Source of the DNA: Syntrophales bacterium
Lineage (GTDB): Bacteria; Desulfobacterota; Syntrophia; Syntrophales; PHBD01
DNA: 64,000 nt
Direction of reading: 5' to 3'
NCBI GenBank assembly: GCA_963668175.1
Contig: OY764159.1
Span: 3,040,001 to 3,104,000 of the forward strand
The first letter of the stretch is position 1. Each line of letters opens with the position of its first letter. The notes below the pieces were generated by a model that was not told the DNA's origin, did not search any database, and saw only the letters and a list, made by a program, of their open reading frames with translations. The position numbers and the translations under genes are program-made. Positions 30,249 through 40,253 of this stretch are shown piece after piece.

Positions 30249-31832
30249 TCAATAGCCCAGCCGGACGGCATTCTTTCGCGCCTGCTCCTTGAGGGGTCCC
30301 GAGAAACCGACCTGTACATAAATGTCGTAGGCCTGGCGATAATAACGGCCCGCCGCGTCGCGGTCCTTTTTCTTCTCCATCGCGACGCCCATATTATACA
30401 TAAGGTTGGCGTAATCGGCCGTGTTCTGGAGCTTCAGGGCGTCCCGGATCGCCTGTGCCTCGCGGTACACGCCGAGGGCCCGGTCCGTGTCGCCCTTGCC
30501 GGTATAGGCCACCCCCATGTTCGCCAGGAGGTTGGCATAGGGCCCCGTCTGCTGGAGGCCCAGCGTGTCCCGGAGGGACCGGGAATCCTCATAGAACCTG
30601 AGGGCCTCGTCCGTCCGGCCCTGCCGCCGGTGGATGACACCGATGTTCATGAGGAGCAGGGCGTACTGGGATGTATTCTTCCGGCCCAGCTGGTCGCGAA
30701 TCGCCTGGGAATCGAGGTAATACCTGAGGGCCTGGTCGTTGTCGTTCTTCTTGTCGTAAGCGACGCCGATATTCATGAGCACAAGGGCATACTGCTCCGT
30801 ATTCTGCTGGCCGAGTTTGTCGCGGATATCCCGGCACTCCTGAAAGTACCTCAGCGCCTCGTCCGCCTGCCCCTTGACCAGGTAAGCATTGCCCATGCTC
30901 AGGAGCACGTTCGCGTATTCGCCCGTCGTCTGCATATGGAGCTGCTCGCGCAACCGCCGGGCGTCTTCGTAATAGACCAAGGCCGTATCCGGCTGTCCCT
31001 TGGCATTATAGATACTGCCCAGGGTCACATTGAATTTTGCGTAGTCCGACGAATTCACGTCCTTTCTTTCTTTAAAGATCCGATCCGCTCTCCCCAGGTA
31101 GGCCAGGCTCTCCTCAAACCGGTTGAGCGTGTTTCCCGAGACGTAACCGGCCTGGATCAGGGCATCGATATACCGGCTGTCCTTTTCCAGGGCCTGTTGG
31201 AAAAGGGCGAGGGAACCGCGGGGGTTCGTTCCCATCAACTGCAGCCCTTTTGCATAGAGCTCGTAGGCATCCTTATTGGTCCGCTGCTTCCCGGCGATCT
31301 TCTTCTTCTCGTCGTCGGCGATTCTTATCTGGGGAATGTGGGCGATCTGAACTTTTTCCGTTTCCGAAAGCAGGCTGAAAACAACCCGGTCCTGAAGATC
31401 GAAGATACCGTCCATCACACCGTCCAGCTTGGTCGTGCTTTCGACCCTGCCCGATTCGACGTTCATCAGTTTGGCGTTGACCCTGATCCTGTCTCCCGCC
31501 ACGAGGTAACTTCCCGAGAAGATGATGTTGGCCCCCGTCATCTTGCCGATGGCGACCATGTTTTCCTCGCTCGCCATACCGGAGCGGCTGAATTTCATCT
31601 CCTCCAGGGCGCGCTTCCGGTCGCTTTCCGAAACGACGGAAATTTCCTTGATCTTTCCGAGATCGGAGATCACCGTGTCTGTCATGCCTGCCGATATCCA
31701 GGCAAATTTCTGGTCGCCCGTGTTCTCGAAGGGATAGACGAGGATGTTCATTTGCCTTGCCTGCGCCGGACCGGACACGAGGATGGCGACAGCCGCCAGG
31801 ACTGCAATGTGTAAAGGACAATGTTTACGCAT
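30249..31832 (-). CDS. Exported TPR-repeat protein with N-terminal TolB-N/FlgO/CsgG-like domain
   Basis: Signal peptide; VYPFENTGD..WISAG..GSY..GDRIRVNAKL; tandem ~42-aa YA.LL.N.G..Y...G..D.AL.YY repeats. Confidence 0.8.
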   Translation of the reverse strand: MRKHCPLHIAVLAAVAILVSGPAQARQMNILVYPFENTGDQKFAWISAGMTDTVISDLGKIKEISVVSESDRKRALEEMKFSRSGMASEENMVAIGKMTGANIIFSGSYLVAGDRIRVNAKLMNVESGRVESTTKLDGVMDGIFDLQDRVVFSLLSETEKVQIAHIPQIRIADDEKKKIAGKQRTNKDAYELYAKGLQLMGTNPRGSLALFQQALEKDSRYIDALIQAGYVSGNTLNRFEESLAYLGRADRIFKERKDVNSSDYAKFNVTLGSIYNAKGQPDTALVYYEDARRLREQLHMQTTGEYANVLLSMGNAYLVKGQADEALRYFQECRDIRDKLGQQNTEQYALVLMNIGVAYDKKNDNDQALRYYLDSQAIRDQLGRKNTSQYALLLMNIGVIHRRQGRTDEALRFYEDSRSLRDTLGLQQTGPYANLLANMGVAYTGKGDTDRALGVYREAQAIRDALKLQNTADYANLMYNMGVAMEKKKDRDAAGRYYRQAYDIYVQVGFSGPLKEQARKNAVRLGY

Positions 31833-32079
31833 GGTGGACCTCGCTGAACTGGATTCTGTTCTCATTTGGGAAAGGGGCATGCCGGTTGATCGCCGACGGG
31901 AAGGTCAGCCTTGTTGCTTCACCGGCCTGCGCATTTATACATCAACCGCGCCGAAACCTCAAGTTTGCTCTTTGAGTCCGGATGGTTCGCCCGTCTTCAC
32001 CGGATGCCGGTTCCGGGCGGCTCTGGAAAATGCATTTTCACCTTTCCTTCGGCGGGCGATTACGTGTAGAATGAAGGAC

Positions 32080-32283
32080 ATGAACACAGAAGGCAATAAC
32101 AGGTCCGCGATCAGGGCGGGTTTGCGCGTCCGGGTCGTCCGGAAAGAAGACCAGAAGACGGGCAGGCTGACGGAGGGCATCGTTGCGGATATTCTCACCC
32201 GCTCCGCCACGCATCCACACGGCATCAAGGTGCGCCTCCAAAACGGCATCGTCGGCCGCGTCCGCGAAATACTTACGGGATAA
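32080..32283 (+). CDS. YwbE (DUF2196) family protein
   Basis: KEDQKTGRLTEGIVADILTRSATHPHGIKVRL. Confidence 0.88.
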   Translation: MNTEGNNRSAIRAGLRVRVVRKEDQKTGRLTEGIVADILTRSATHPHGIKVRLQNGIVGRVREILTG

Positions 32284-32376
32284 AAGACATCACGTTTCCG
32301 CGCTTTGCGGCGAAGTCTCGGAGTTTCACGGAAACAACGGCCGGCATCCTTTATGCCCGGCTGTTTTTCGCCTGCG

Positions 32377-32862
32377 CTACTTTTTCCAGTCGATCCGCCC
32401 TTCCTTCCGGACGACGAATTCGTGGCTGCCGAAGAATGTCGAGATTGTGGCGCGGCCCTCGATGGTATAAGGCAGATCGCGGGCGGTGATCAGGGCGATC
32501 AGGCTGCCCCCGGGATTCCTGAAAGTGGCTGCGACGGGCGCCTCCACCTGGGCAACCGATGAGGCCGGCAGGAGGATTTCCTTTTCCAGGCTGCCGGAGC
32601 CCAGTTCCTCACCATTGACCGCGATCTTATAGGTAAAGGACTTGAGCGTAAGGTCGAAGCCGTTCGGATTGCGGACCTCCAGGCCGAAGGACATGGCCAT
32701 TTCCGTAAGCGAACGGGGGTTGACGACAATCCTGTTGACGGCGATCTCGGGCTCCTTCAAGAACCAGCCAAGACAGGAAACGAGCAGCAAAGAAAGGACG
32801 ATTACGGCGGCGGCCTTTACAGTGGCCGTCCTTCGTCGCGTTTTTCCCGATACCGTCGGCAT
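32377..32862 (-). CDS. LEA type 2 / WHy-domain lipoprotein
   Basis: LVSC lipobox; LEVRNPNGFDL..Y.IAVNG. Confidence 0.82.
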   Translation of the reverse strand: MPTVSGKTRRRTATVKAAAVIVLSLLLVSCLGWFLKEPEIAVNRIVVNPRSLTEMAMSFGLEVRNPNGFDLTLKSFTYKIAVNGEELGSGSLEKEILLPASSVAQVEAPVAATFRNPGGSLIALITARDLPYTIEGRATISTFFGSHEFVVRKEGRIDWKK

Positions 32863-33137
32863 CCGTTATTTCCCCCCTTCTTTTGCGTGATAACGTCGGC
32901 AAACCATAATGAGAACCCGCCGCCTTGTCAAGGGAGACGATGGTAAAGGGATCGTCCGTCGTCTTCCTGCCCGGGCAATTTTCCGAATACCGGTGAAAAT
33001 CACCGCCGGACGGGAAAATCGCCGCTTCCGGCATGTTGTCCGGGGGGTGTCGAGGATGTGCAAGGGGAACCCCTGATTGTCATATCCATTCATTATCACA
33101 GGCATTTATCGATTATTCCGCTTTCGCAGCACCGCTT

Positions 33138-33153
33138 TGGCACACGCCTTGCT
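33138..33153 (+). promoter_or_regulatory. Sigma-54 promoter
   Basis: TGGCACACGCCTTGCT, about 65 bp before the 33220 start. Confidence 0.7.
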
Positions 33154-33219
33154 CTGGCGTGAGGCGAGTCTGCCGGGAGGGGCGGAAAAACGAACAAGGA
33201 TTAAGGAAGGAGAGTACCG

Positions 33220-33540
33220 ATGAGATCTTTGAAGATACGCGAATTAATCAACGACCAGAAACGGAAGGCCGTCATCACGGCCGCCTCGGGCATGAGCCTC
33301 TTTACCGCCAGTCTGCTCTTCAGCAACTATTTTAAAGGCCTCTTTTCCGTGGCCGCCGTCGGCTTCGTCATTGCCGCAGCCGGGATTCTGTTCCTTCAAT
33401 TCGGCCTCAGCTGCCCCCGGTGCCGTGGGCGGATCGGCAACGTCATCAACAATTCCCTGGGGCCCTTTACGCTGTCGCCGAAAATCCGCTACTGCCCCTT
33501 TTGCGGCGTCGCCCTCGATTCCGACCTCAAACGTCGGTAA
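33220..33540 (+). CDS. Small 2-TM membrane protein with C-terminal zinc ribbon
   Basis: AAGGAG RBS; two hydrophobic helices; CPRC..CPFCG. Confidence 0.75.
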   Translation: MRSLKIRELINDQKRKAVITAASGMSLFTASLLFSNYFKGLFSVAAVGFVIAAAGILFLQFGLSCPRCRGRIGNVINNSLGPFTLSPKIRYCPFCGVALDSDLKRR

Positions 33541-33774
33541 GGACGGAGATTTTCCCTCCGGCCCGGGAGGTATTATCGACCCTGCCGGACTTTCTACCTA
33601 CGGCGTCCATCTATAACCGGCCATATCTTGCCTCCATCTCCGCGGCGGCACGGCGCGGTCAACCGACAACCGCTTGCCGCCGCTTTTCGTTCCGCCGTCT
33701 TTCCGCAAGTCCCTGTGGAAGCGCAGCGGTATTTATACATATATAATTATTTCAGACTGTTAGACATTTATTCC

Positions 33775-33866
33775 AAAAAAAAAGAAGGCAGGGTGCTGGT
33801 GGCCCTGCCTGTTGAGGGGAGTTAGAAAGGAGATTTGGAGTGATGGGTGTTTGTGGTTACATCTTT
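33775..33866 (-). ncRNA. Candidate trans-acting sRNA (~90 nt)
   Basis: TTGTCT-N17-TATTCT promoter (33901-33873); C/A-rich body; AGGCAGGG/CCCTGCCT hairpin followed by U9. Confidence 0.65.
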
Positions 33867-34103
33867 AACTGTAGAATATGAACTTAATATCTGAAAGACA
33901 ATACGGGATAAGTAGTGGTTTTACGGTAAGCAAAAACTACCATATAGAAAAGTGTGAGATATCATCCGGATAATCGGTGGGCTTTGCTGTTTCCGGACCC
34001 TGCGTTTCCCCGGCGGTCCGGCGGGATGCCTGAGGATAGCGACAGGTCCCGTCCGCCGCCACGGCATCCGGCGGACAGGATATACTACGGAGTCGGAAAG
34101 GAG

Positions 34104-34541
34104 TTAGGCCAGCGCCTGGAGACCGGCTTTCGCGATCTGCCCGTCTTCACCGGCGGTCCCGCCGGAAACGCCGATGGCGCCGACGATCTTGCCGTCCATA
34201 AGGATCGGCAGGCCGCCCTCGACGGTGCAGATGCCGTCCAGCGTGAAAATCGCCAGCCTGCCGTCGCTGATGGCATCTTCAAAGGCTTTGGTCGGTCTTT
34301 TGTAGGCTACGGAACATTTCGCTTTATGAATGGCCACATCGACGCTGCCGAACTGGACGGCATCGAAGCGCTCCAGGTAAAGGAGATTACCGCCCGCATC
34401 CACAATCGCGATGGCGACGTTGACTTTCATGAGCGTCGCCGCCGCCGCGGCTCCGGCGGCCACCTTTTTGGCTGCAGCGAGCGGAATGTTGGCCCCGTAA
34501 GGATTGACCATTTGCTGCGATACTATTTTTCTTTCGGCCAT
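34104..34541 (-). CDS. GlcG/HbpS heme-binding family protein
   Basis: AIAIVDAGG, AIHKA, EGGLPI..DGKIVGAIGVSGG..EDGQIA; start 34541 with GGAGG RBS. Confidence 0.88.
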   Translation of the reverse strand: MAERKIVSQQMVNPYGANIPLAAAKKVAAGAAAAATLMKVNVAIAIVDAGGNLLYLERFDAVQFGSVDVAIHKAKCSVAYKRPTKAFEDAISDGRLAIFTLDGICTVEGGLPILMDGKIVGAIGVSGGTAGEDGQIAKAGLQALA

Positions 34542-34808
34542 AAGACCCTCCTCTTTGCGGCAGTTCAAAACCTTTCTATATATAAACCGGAGACTTCCCC
34601 ATGTCAACGCCATTTCCGGACGGGAGGCGATTCCCCCGGCACCATTGCAATCCCCTCCCGTGAAGGGCGTTACGTCTTATTGACAGCCGCTGCTGAATGC
34701 TGATATGAACGTTTTTACACAGCATCGGCGTTAACGGCTGAACGTGGACGGCGCCGCCGCCGTCATGCCCGGACACAAGCCAGGTTCACCGCTCATTTTG
34801 GAGGCACC

Positions 34809-35591
34809 ATGAAACCAAGACGCCTTGTAGACCTCAGCATCGCCATCGAGCCGTCCCTGCCCTCGGACCCGCCCATGATGTACCCGAAGATCGATTACGC
34901 CGATCATGCCCGGGGAGCCGTCCAGATGCTCGATTTCTTCCCGGGGATAAGACAGGACCAGCTTCCCGGCGGTCTGGGCTGGGCGATGGAATTCATGACC
35001 CTGACGACCCACAGCGGCACCCACCTGGACGCCCCGTACCACTACCATCCCACCCAGGATGGGGGAAAACCCGCGCAGACGATCGACCAGATACCCCTTG
35101 AATGGTGCCTGAGCGACGGCGTCATCCTCGATTTCCGTCACAAGGCCGACGGCGAGCGCATCACCGCCGACGACTGCCGGAAGGAACTCGACCGGATTGC
35201 CTACCGTCTCAAACCCCTGGACATCGTCCTCGTCCGGACGGGGGCCGACGCGGTATGGGGAACGGCCGAATACCTCGTGAAGGGCCCCGGCATGACCCGG
35301 GAGAGCACCCTTTTCCTGACGGAGCAGGGGGTACGTGTCGTGGGCATCGACGCCTGGAGCTGGGACCGACCGCTGCCCTTCCTCGCCGCCGAATTCAAGG
35401 AGAAGGGCGACCCCAGGGTCGTGTGGGAGGCCCACTTTGCCGGCATCGAACGGGGATACTGCCACATGGAGAAAATGGCCAATCTGGCCGCCATCGGCCG
35501 TCCTCACGGATTTACCGTCTGCTGCTTCCCGGTGAAGATCAAGGGGGCTTCGGCCGGCTGGTGCAGGCCCGTGGCCATTATCGAGGACTGA
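34809..35591 (+). CDS. Cyclase family metal-dependent hydrolase (kynurenine formamidase-like)
   Basis: THSGTHLDAPYH, GIDAWSWD, HMEK. Confidence 0.9.
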   Translation: MKPRRLVDLSIAIEPSLPSDPPMMYPKIDYADHARGAVQMLDFFPGIRQDQLPGGLGWAMEFMTLTTHSGTHLDAPYHYHPTQDGGKPAQTIDQIPLEWCLSDGVILDFRHKADGERITADDCRKELDRIAYRLKPLDIVLVRTGADAVWGTAEYLVKGPGMTRESTLFLTEQGVRVVGIDAWSWDRPLPFLAAEFKEKGDPRVVWEAHFAGIERGYCHMEKMANLAAIGRPHGFTVCCFPVKIKGASAGWCRPVAIIED

Positions 35592-35670
35592 CGGGCGTCG
35601 GACCCGCCCGGCGGCGCAAGCTCTGCCGCAAGAGGATGCCGCCTGAGACAGGAGGCTGATTTTATCCGGA

Positions 35671-36444
35671 TTGCCCGATTTTAAGGAGGATGACCTGGAC
35701 GCAATATTTCTGGGCACAAACGGCTGGTTCGAGACGAATACGGGGGCCACTGTATCTGTTCTCGTGAGGACCGCCGACTTCCATATCATCTTCGATGCCG
35801 GCAGCGGCCTGGCGAAGGCCGACCGGTATATCGCCGAGGCGGACGAGAGGCCCGTCTACATCTTCCTCAGCCATTTCCACCTGGCCCATATCCTGGGCCT
35901 CAATACCCTCGTCAAGTTCCGCTTCGCCGGGGGCCTCCATATCGCCGGCCCCGCGGGGACCAGGGAAGCGCTCCGGATGATCGTCAACAGCCCCTATATG
36001 CTCCCCGTATCCCAGATGCCCTATCCCGTCAAGGTCGTCGAACTCCCGGAAGAGAAAAACCGCATCCCCTTCCGGATCGAGACGCGCGCCCTGCGTCACG
36101 GGGTGCTGACGATAGGCTTCCGGATCGAGATCGAAGGCAAGGCCATCGCCTACTGTCCCGACACGGTCTACTGTCCCGCCGCCGTTGACCTGGCGCGGTC
36201 CGCCGACCTGCTCATCGCCGAATGCTCCTACAAGAGAGGCCAGGCAAGCGACCGGCGCCCCCACCTGAACCCCGAGACCGCCGCCAGTATCGCCTATGAG
36301 GCCGACGCCAGGAAGCTGGCCCTAGTCCATTTCGACGCACAGGCACATCCCTTTCTGGCCGACCGGCAGGATTCGGAAAACGCGGCCCGCGACATTTTCA
36401 AGAATTCCTACGCCACCCGCGACGACTTGCGCATGGACATCTGA
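35671..36444 (+). CDS. Metallo-beta-lactamase fold protein, RNase Z-like (true start possibly CTG at 35695)
   Basis: FLGTNGW, FDAGSG, SHFHLAH (HxHxDH variant), CPDT, PHL, LVHF. Confidence 0.8.
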   Translation: MPDFKEDDLDAIFLGTNGWFETNTGATVSVLVRTADFHIIFDAGSGLAKADRYIAEADERPVYIFLSHFHLAHILGLNTLVKFRFAGGLHIAGPAGTREALRMIVNSPYMLPVSQMPYPVKVVELPEEKNRIPFRIETRALRHGVLTIGFRIEIEGKAIAYCPDTVYCPAAVDLARSADLLIAECSYKRGQASDRRPHLNPETAASIAYEADARKLALVHFDAQAHPFLADRQDSENAARDIFKNSYATRDDLRMDI

Positions 36445-36483
36445 CGGAAATATCCCGAACGGGTTTCCTATGAAATCGCAACG

Positions 36484-38226
36484 CTATGCGGCGGAAGACT
36501 TTCCCGCCCCGGAGGTTTCGGCATCGAGGTCCATCTGGAAGCGTACCGGACCGCGGCAGCCTTTGCCGAAGACCTTGTGGACGGCGCACGCGGAGCCCGG
36601 ATCCGTCCAGGAGGTCGCGATGGCGCCGTGGCCTTTCGGAAAAGGCGTCACCTCGACGTCGATGAACCCGACCGGCGACAGGGCCGACTCACTGTCCACG
36701 AGATCGTCCCCTTCCGCGTAGCAGAGGAGCCATTTGATGCCCCGCTCCGGAATGCCCCGGTAATTCAAGGTCTTGCCGAACATCGTCACCGGGAGCGTCC
36801 CGTCTTCGGAAACGGGTATCGTATAAGAGTCGAAACTGAGCTTCGTGATCGCCTCCGGCAGGTCGGAACGGTCGTAGATCAGCCAGTTGTTCAGGGCGGC
36901 GGCCGTCTTGCTGATGTTGATCTTGTGCCCGTCGTGGCCGCTGAACAGCATCAGGTCCTTGTAAAGGGTCGCCACCGGGGCCTCCTTCTCCATGCTTTTC
37001 AGCTTGTAGACCCAGCTCATGACCTTGCCGTCGACGACGCTGTTGCCGTTCGGAAGCTGCTTCAGGGCGTAATCGAGATCGCGGAAGCGGGGCGGCAGAT
37101 GCTCCATGTATTCCTTGAGGGACTTGCTCCTCGTTCCGTCCATCGGCGCCACGCAGGTGATGAGCGCATCGACGAGGCCGTCGAGCTCGCCGGACAGGAT
37201 ATCGAGGAGCGCGATGAAACCGCCCTGGCAGAAGCCGTTCAGGGTGACCTTCCTTCCATGGATCGCTTTCAGTTTTTTGCAGATAACCCGCGTGTCGGCC
37301 GCGTCATCCTCGCCCGTCATCAGCTGCACCGCCGGGGTCATGTGAATGTCCTTCAGGATCCTGATATAGGTCGGGATGCCCTGGTCGGCGAAGGCGTGGA
37401 CATAGCTCTTTTTCTCTCCCGGCAGAAAGGCCAGGATGTTCGGGCCCAGGACGTACGGGTGCATGATGAGGACGGGCTTGCCGCCTTTCTTCGCCTTGAT
37501 GGACTTGTCCCGGGAAAAGACCTGGTAGACGATGAAACGTTCCGTTTCGACGATCTTTTTATAGCCGCCGTCGTCAAAGTGAAAGCCGAATTCGGGCTCG
37601 ATCGCCCGGATCGCCTCCGGATAATCGTAAATGACCGTCTCCAGGAGATGGTCCAGTTTCGCCGTGTAATCGCGTAGCACACCCGCATCCTGGGTCGAAA
37701 TGGCCTTTACGACGGCATCGAAGGCCTTTTGGCCTTCGGCCCTGTGAAACTGGAGCAGGTCCTTGGCCGTGCCGTTCACCGACTCCCCGGCGATCTGGAT
37801 GTTGAACTTGAGGAGTTCCAGGTAATCCATGGCGCTCTCCAGGGGTGTGCGGTTCACGAGCTTCTCTTTCTCAAGGTTCAGGAAGGCCTCAAGGGCCGTC
37901 CAGTAAGGATTCATGAACTCGCTTAAGTACTTGAGCAGCCCCAGGAAGTAATGCTGGCCCGCCTCCAGGGATTCGGTCGTCGTTTCGGCCGTCGATTCGA
38001 TCCCGCTCATCCGTTCTTCCATGTTCAGACGGATGAATGTTTTGAGGTTGTTCCAGAACGGCAGCGCCGCGTCTTCGGGGTAACTCATGAGACCCAGCCA
38101 GTACTTCTGGTTCTCAAGCCATGCCCGGCCTGCCGTTTCAATGGCCTTGTCCCGGTAATCCTCCAGCTTTCGCCTTTCGTCTGCGAATATCTCGTATGCC
38201 TTCGTCGGCCACAGCGTATGCTTCAT
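36484..38226 (-). CDS. PHA synthase (PhaC)-like alpha/beta hydrolase with long helical N-terminus
   Basis: PVLIMHPYV, NGFCQGG lipase box with Cys, GDDLVD, KGHGAI. Confidence 0.65.
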   Translation of the reverse strand: MKHTLWPTKAYEIFADERRKLEDYRDKAIETAGRAWLENQKYWLGLMSYPEDAALPFWNNLKTFIRLNMEERMSGIESTAETTTESLEAGQHYFLGLLKYLSEFMNPYWTALEAFLNLEKEKLVNRTPLESAMDYLELLKFNIQIAGESVNGTAKDLLQFHRAEGQKAFDAVVKAISTQDAGVLRDYTAKLDHLLETVIYDYPEAIRAIEPEFGFHFDDGGYKKIVETERFIVYQVFSRDKSIKAKKGGKPVLIMHPYVLGPNILAFLPGEKKSYVHAFADQGIPTYIRILKDIHMTPAVQLMTGEDDAADTRVICKKLKAIHGRKVTLNGFCQGGFIALLDILSGELDGLVDALITCVAPMDGTRSKSLKEYMEHLPPRFRDLDYALKQLPNGNSVVDGKVMSWVYKLKSMEKEAPVATLYKDLMLFSGHDGHKINISKTAAALNNWLIYDRSDLPEAITKLSFDSYTIPVSEDGTLPVTMFGKTLNYRGIPERGIKWLLCYAEGDDLVDSESALSPVGFIDVEVTPFPKGHGAIATSWTDPGSACAVHKVFGKGCRGPVRFQMDLDAETSGAGKSSAA

Positions 38227-38471
38227 GATCCCTCCCCCTCTCCCTGAAAGCTCCCTCAAGCACGATGCCCCTTTTTCCTATGCCCGCATTTTACACGGAA
38301 GGTTTCCGAGTTGAGCGACTTTCTCCGGTCTGTCGCCCTGCCCGTAAGCCTGCCGGCCGTCATCATCGCCCCTCGACATGACGCAGGGGACCTCCGGAAA
38401 TATATGGAACACGTCCAACCGATGAATTGTCTTTTTAAAATAATGGCCGCAGCGCCGTTTGTCAAGACATA

Positions 38472-38607
38472 ATGTTGCAATGCAATATATTTTCGCATCT
38501 ATCCCATAGGTCTGCATTTATTCATATCCATATTATATATTTATATCTTTATATACATCCTGAAACGATTTTCATCCGTGATTCCTGACAACATATTGCA
38601 CCGCAAT
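38472..38607. promoter_or_regulatory. Two PhaR-like TTGC-N3-GCAA boxes upstream of the phaC-like promoter
   Basis: TTGCAATGCAA at 38475-38485 and ATTGCACCGCAAT at 38595-38607; minus-strand TTGACA-N17-TATTTT adjacent. Confidence 0.5.
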
Positions 38608-38900
38608 GCCGCCGCCCCGCCGCCGGAAACGGCGCGCACCTTCATGGCGGCAGCCGTTGCCGCGGCCTATTTCAGACTTGACATCCGTATCCCGAAGGGC
38701 ATAAGAGGAGGACATGCTCCGCCGGTATTTCGGACGAATCGGGGGCTTGGCATAACCGAACATCTTGATTTATGCCTTCTTGCCTTGTCCGGCGGTGCGG
38801 GATACGTTATGGTCATTCCGGCGTCCCCGCGACGGGAGGCGTTCTCGAAGAACGGCCATGAAGCAACAGCGATACATTATAGAATGGAAAGGATGACAAC

Positions 38901-39632
38901 ATGTTAAAATTCGGTGGGATGGTGTTGGCGGCCATGGCATGTGGCGTTATTTTAATGACCGGCGGGCAGGCGTGGGCCGCGGACGAGGCCGCCAAGAAAG
39001 CGCAGGCGCCCCAAATGACCGACAAGGAAAAACTCAGCTATACCCTGGGCGTCAATACGGGAAAGAACATTCAGCAGCAGGCCATCGATATCGATCCCGA
39101 CCAGTTCTCGAAGGGCATGAAGGACGCCCTGTCGGGGGCGAAACCGGCCCTGACGGACGAAGAAATGCTCCAGTCCATCATGGCCCTGCAGAAGGACATG
39201 CAGGAAAAACAGGCGGCCAAAATGAAGGGCCTGGCAGAAGAGAACAAGAAGAAGGGCGAAGCCTTCCTGGCCGAAAACAAGAATAAGGAAGGGGTCAAAA
39301 CCCTGCCCAGCGGCCTTCAATACAAAATCATCAAGAACGGCAAAGGCAAGTCCCCGAAACTTACCGACACGGTAACGGCCAACTATAAAGGAACGTCGAT
39401 AGACGGTACGGAATTCGACAGTTCCTACAAGCGGGGCGAGCCCGCGAAGTTCCCCCTCAAAGGCGTCATCCCCGGCTGGATCGAGGCCCTTAAACTGATG
39501 AAGGTCGGATCGCAGTGGCAGATCTTCGTCCCGGCAAATCTCGGTTACGGCGAACGGGGTGCAAGTCCCGTCATCGGGCCTAACGAAACGCTGATTTTTG
39601 AAATCGAGCTTCTGAAGATCAGCTCGAAGTAG
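38901..39632 (+). CDS. FKBP-type peptidyl-prolyl isomerase (Mip/FkpA-like)
   Basis: Signal peptide; KLSYTLG, LPSGLQYK, FDSSYKRG, VIPGWIEAL, YGERG. Confidence 0.95.
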   Translation: MLKFGGMVLAAMACGVILMTGGQAWAADEAAKKAQAPQMTDKEKLSYTLGVNTGKNIQQQAIDIDPDQFSKGMKDALSGAKPALTDEEMLQSIMALQKDMQEKQAAKMKGLAEENKKKGEAFLAENKNKEGVKTLPSGLQYKIIKNGKGKSPKLTDTVTANYKGTSIDGTEFDSSYKRGEPAKFPLKGVIPGWIEALKLMKVGSQWQIFVPANLGYGERGASPVIGPNETLIFEIELLKISSK

Positions 39633-39821
39633 CCAAACGGCCGCTTATCCTATCCCTGAGAAATGACCTTCCCGGCGGCGGGCCGAAGCGGATTGGAGTG
39701 TTTTCCATATCCCCGGTTCGCCGCTGCAGACCGAAACCCCCAGCGTTCTTCAAGATCATATCCTTTGACATTGCCGGTGCATTCATTTATAACGCAATCA
39801 AAGGATAGTGATTTCAAAGAT

Positions 39822-40169
39822 ATGAAGATCACACACAAAATCTGGCTCGAGAAAGACGGCCAAATCGTCTTTGGCGAAGGCCGGGAAGAAATCCTCACGG
39901 CCGTCGCCGAATGCGGCAGCCTGTACAGTGCGGCCCGGCGTCTCAAAATGTCGTACCGTTCCGCCTGGGGTAAGATCAGGAAAGTCGAGGAGCGCCTCGG
40001 CCTGAAACTCGTCGAAGCACCCCAAGGCGGCCGGGGGCTGCAACTGACCCCCGAAGGAAAAATGCTGCTCGACGAATTTCATCGCCTGGAGGCGGATGTC
40101 CGCTCTTTTATCGGGAGCCGGTCATACAACTTCGCCCTAATCGAAAAACCCCCCGAAAACAGCAAATAA
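39822..40169 (+). CDS. modE: ModE-type winged-helix regulator, DNA-binding domain only
   Basis: KIWLE..FGEGR, GSLYSAARRLKMSYRSAW, GGRGLQLT; no TOBE/Mop domains; own promoter TTGACA-N17-TATAAC at 39765-39793. Confidence 0.82.
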   Translation: MKITHKIWLEKDGQIVFGEGREEILTAVAECGSLYSAARRLKMSYRSAWGKIRKVEERLGLKLVEAPQGGRGLQLTPEGKMLLDEFHRLEADVRSFIGSRSYNFALIEKPPENSK

Positions 40170-40253
40170 TTTCTTCCCTCCCCGGCCCCTCGTCCCGTCA
40201 CGCCCTTGATGTCTCCGGCTACGCCGATCCACCCCATTATGCTCGGCCGCACA

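Noticed and set aside
31866..31884. Possible sigma-54 promoter for the TPR gene (CGGCATGCCCCTTTCC on minus)
   Set aside because: The conserved -12 GC is missing
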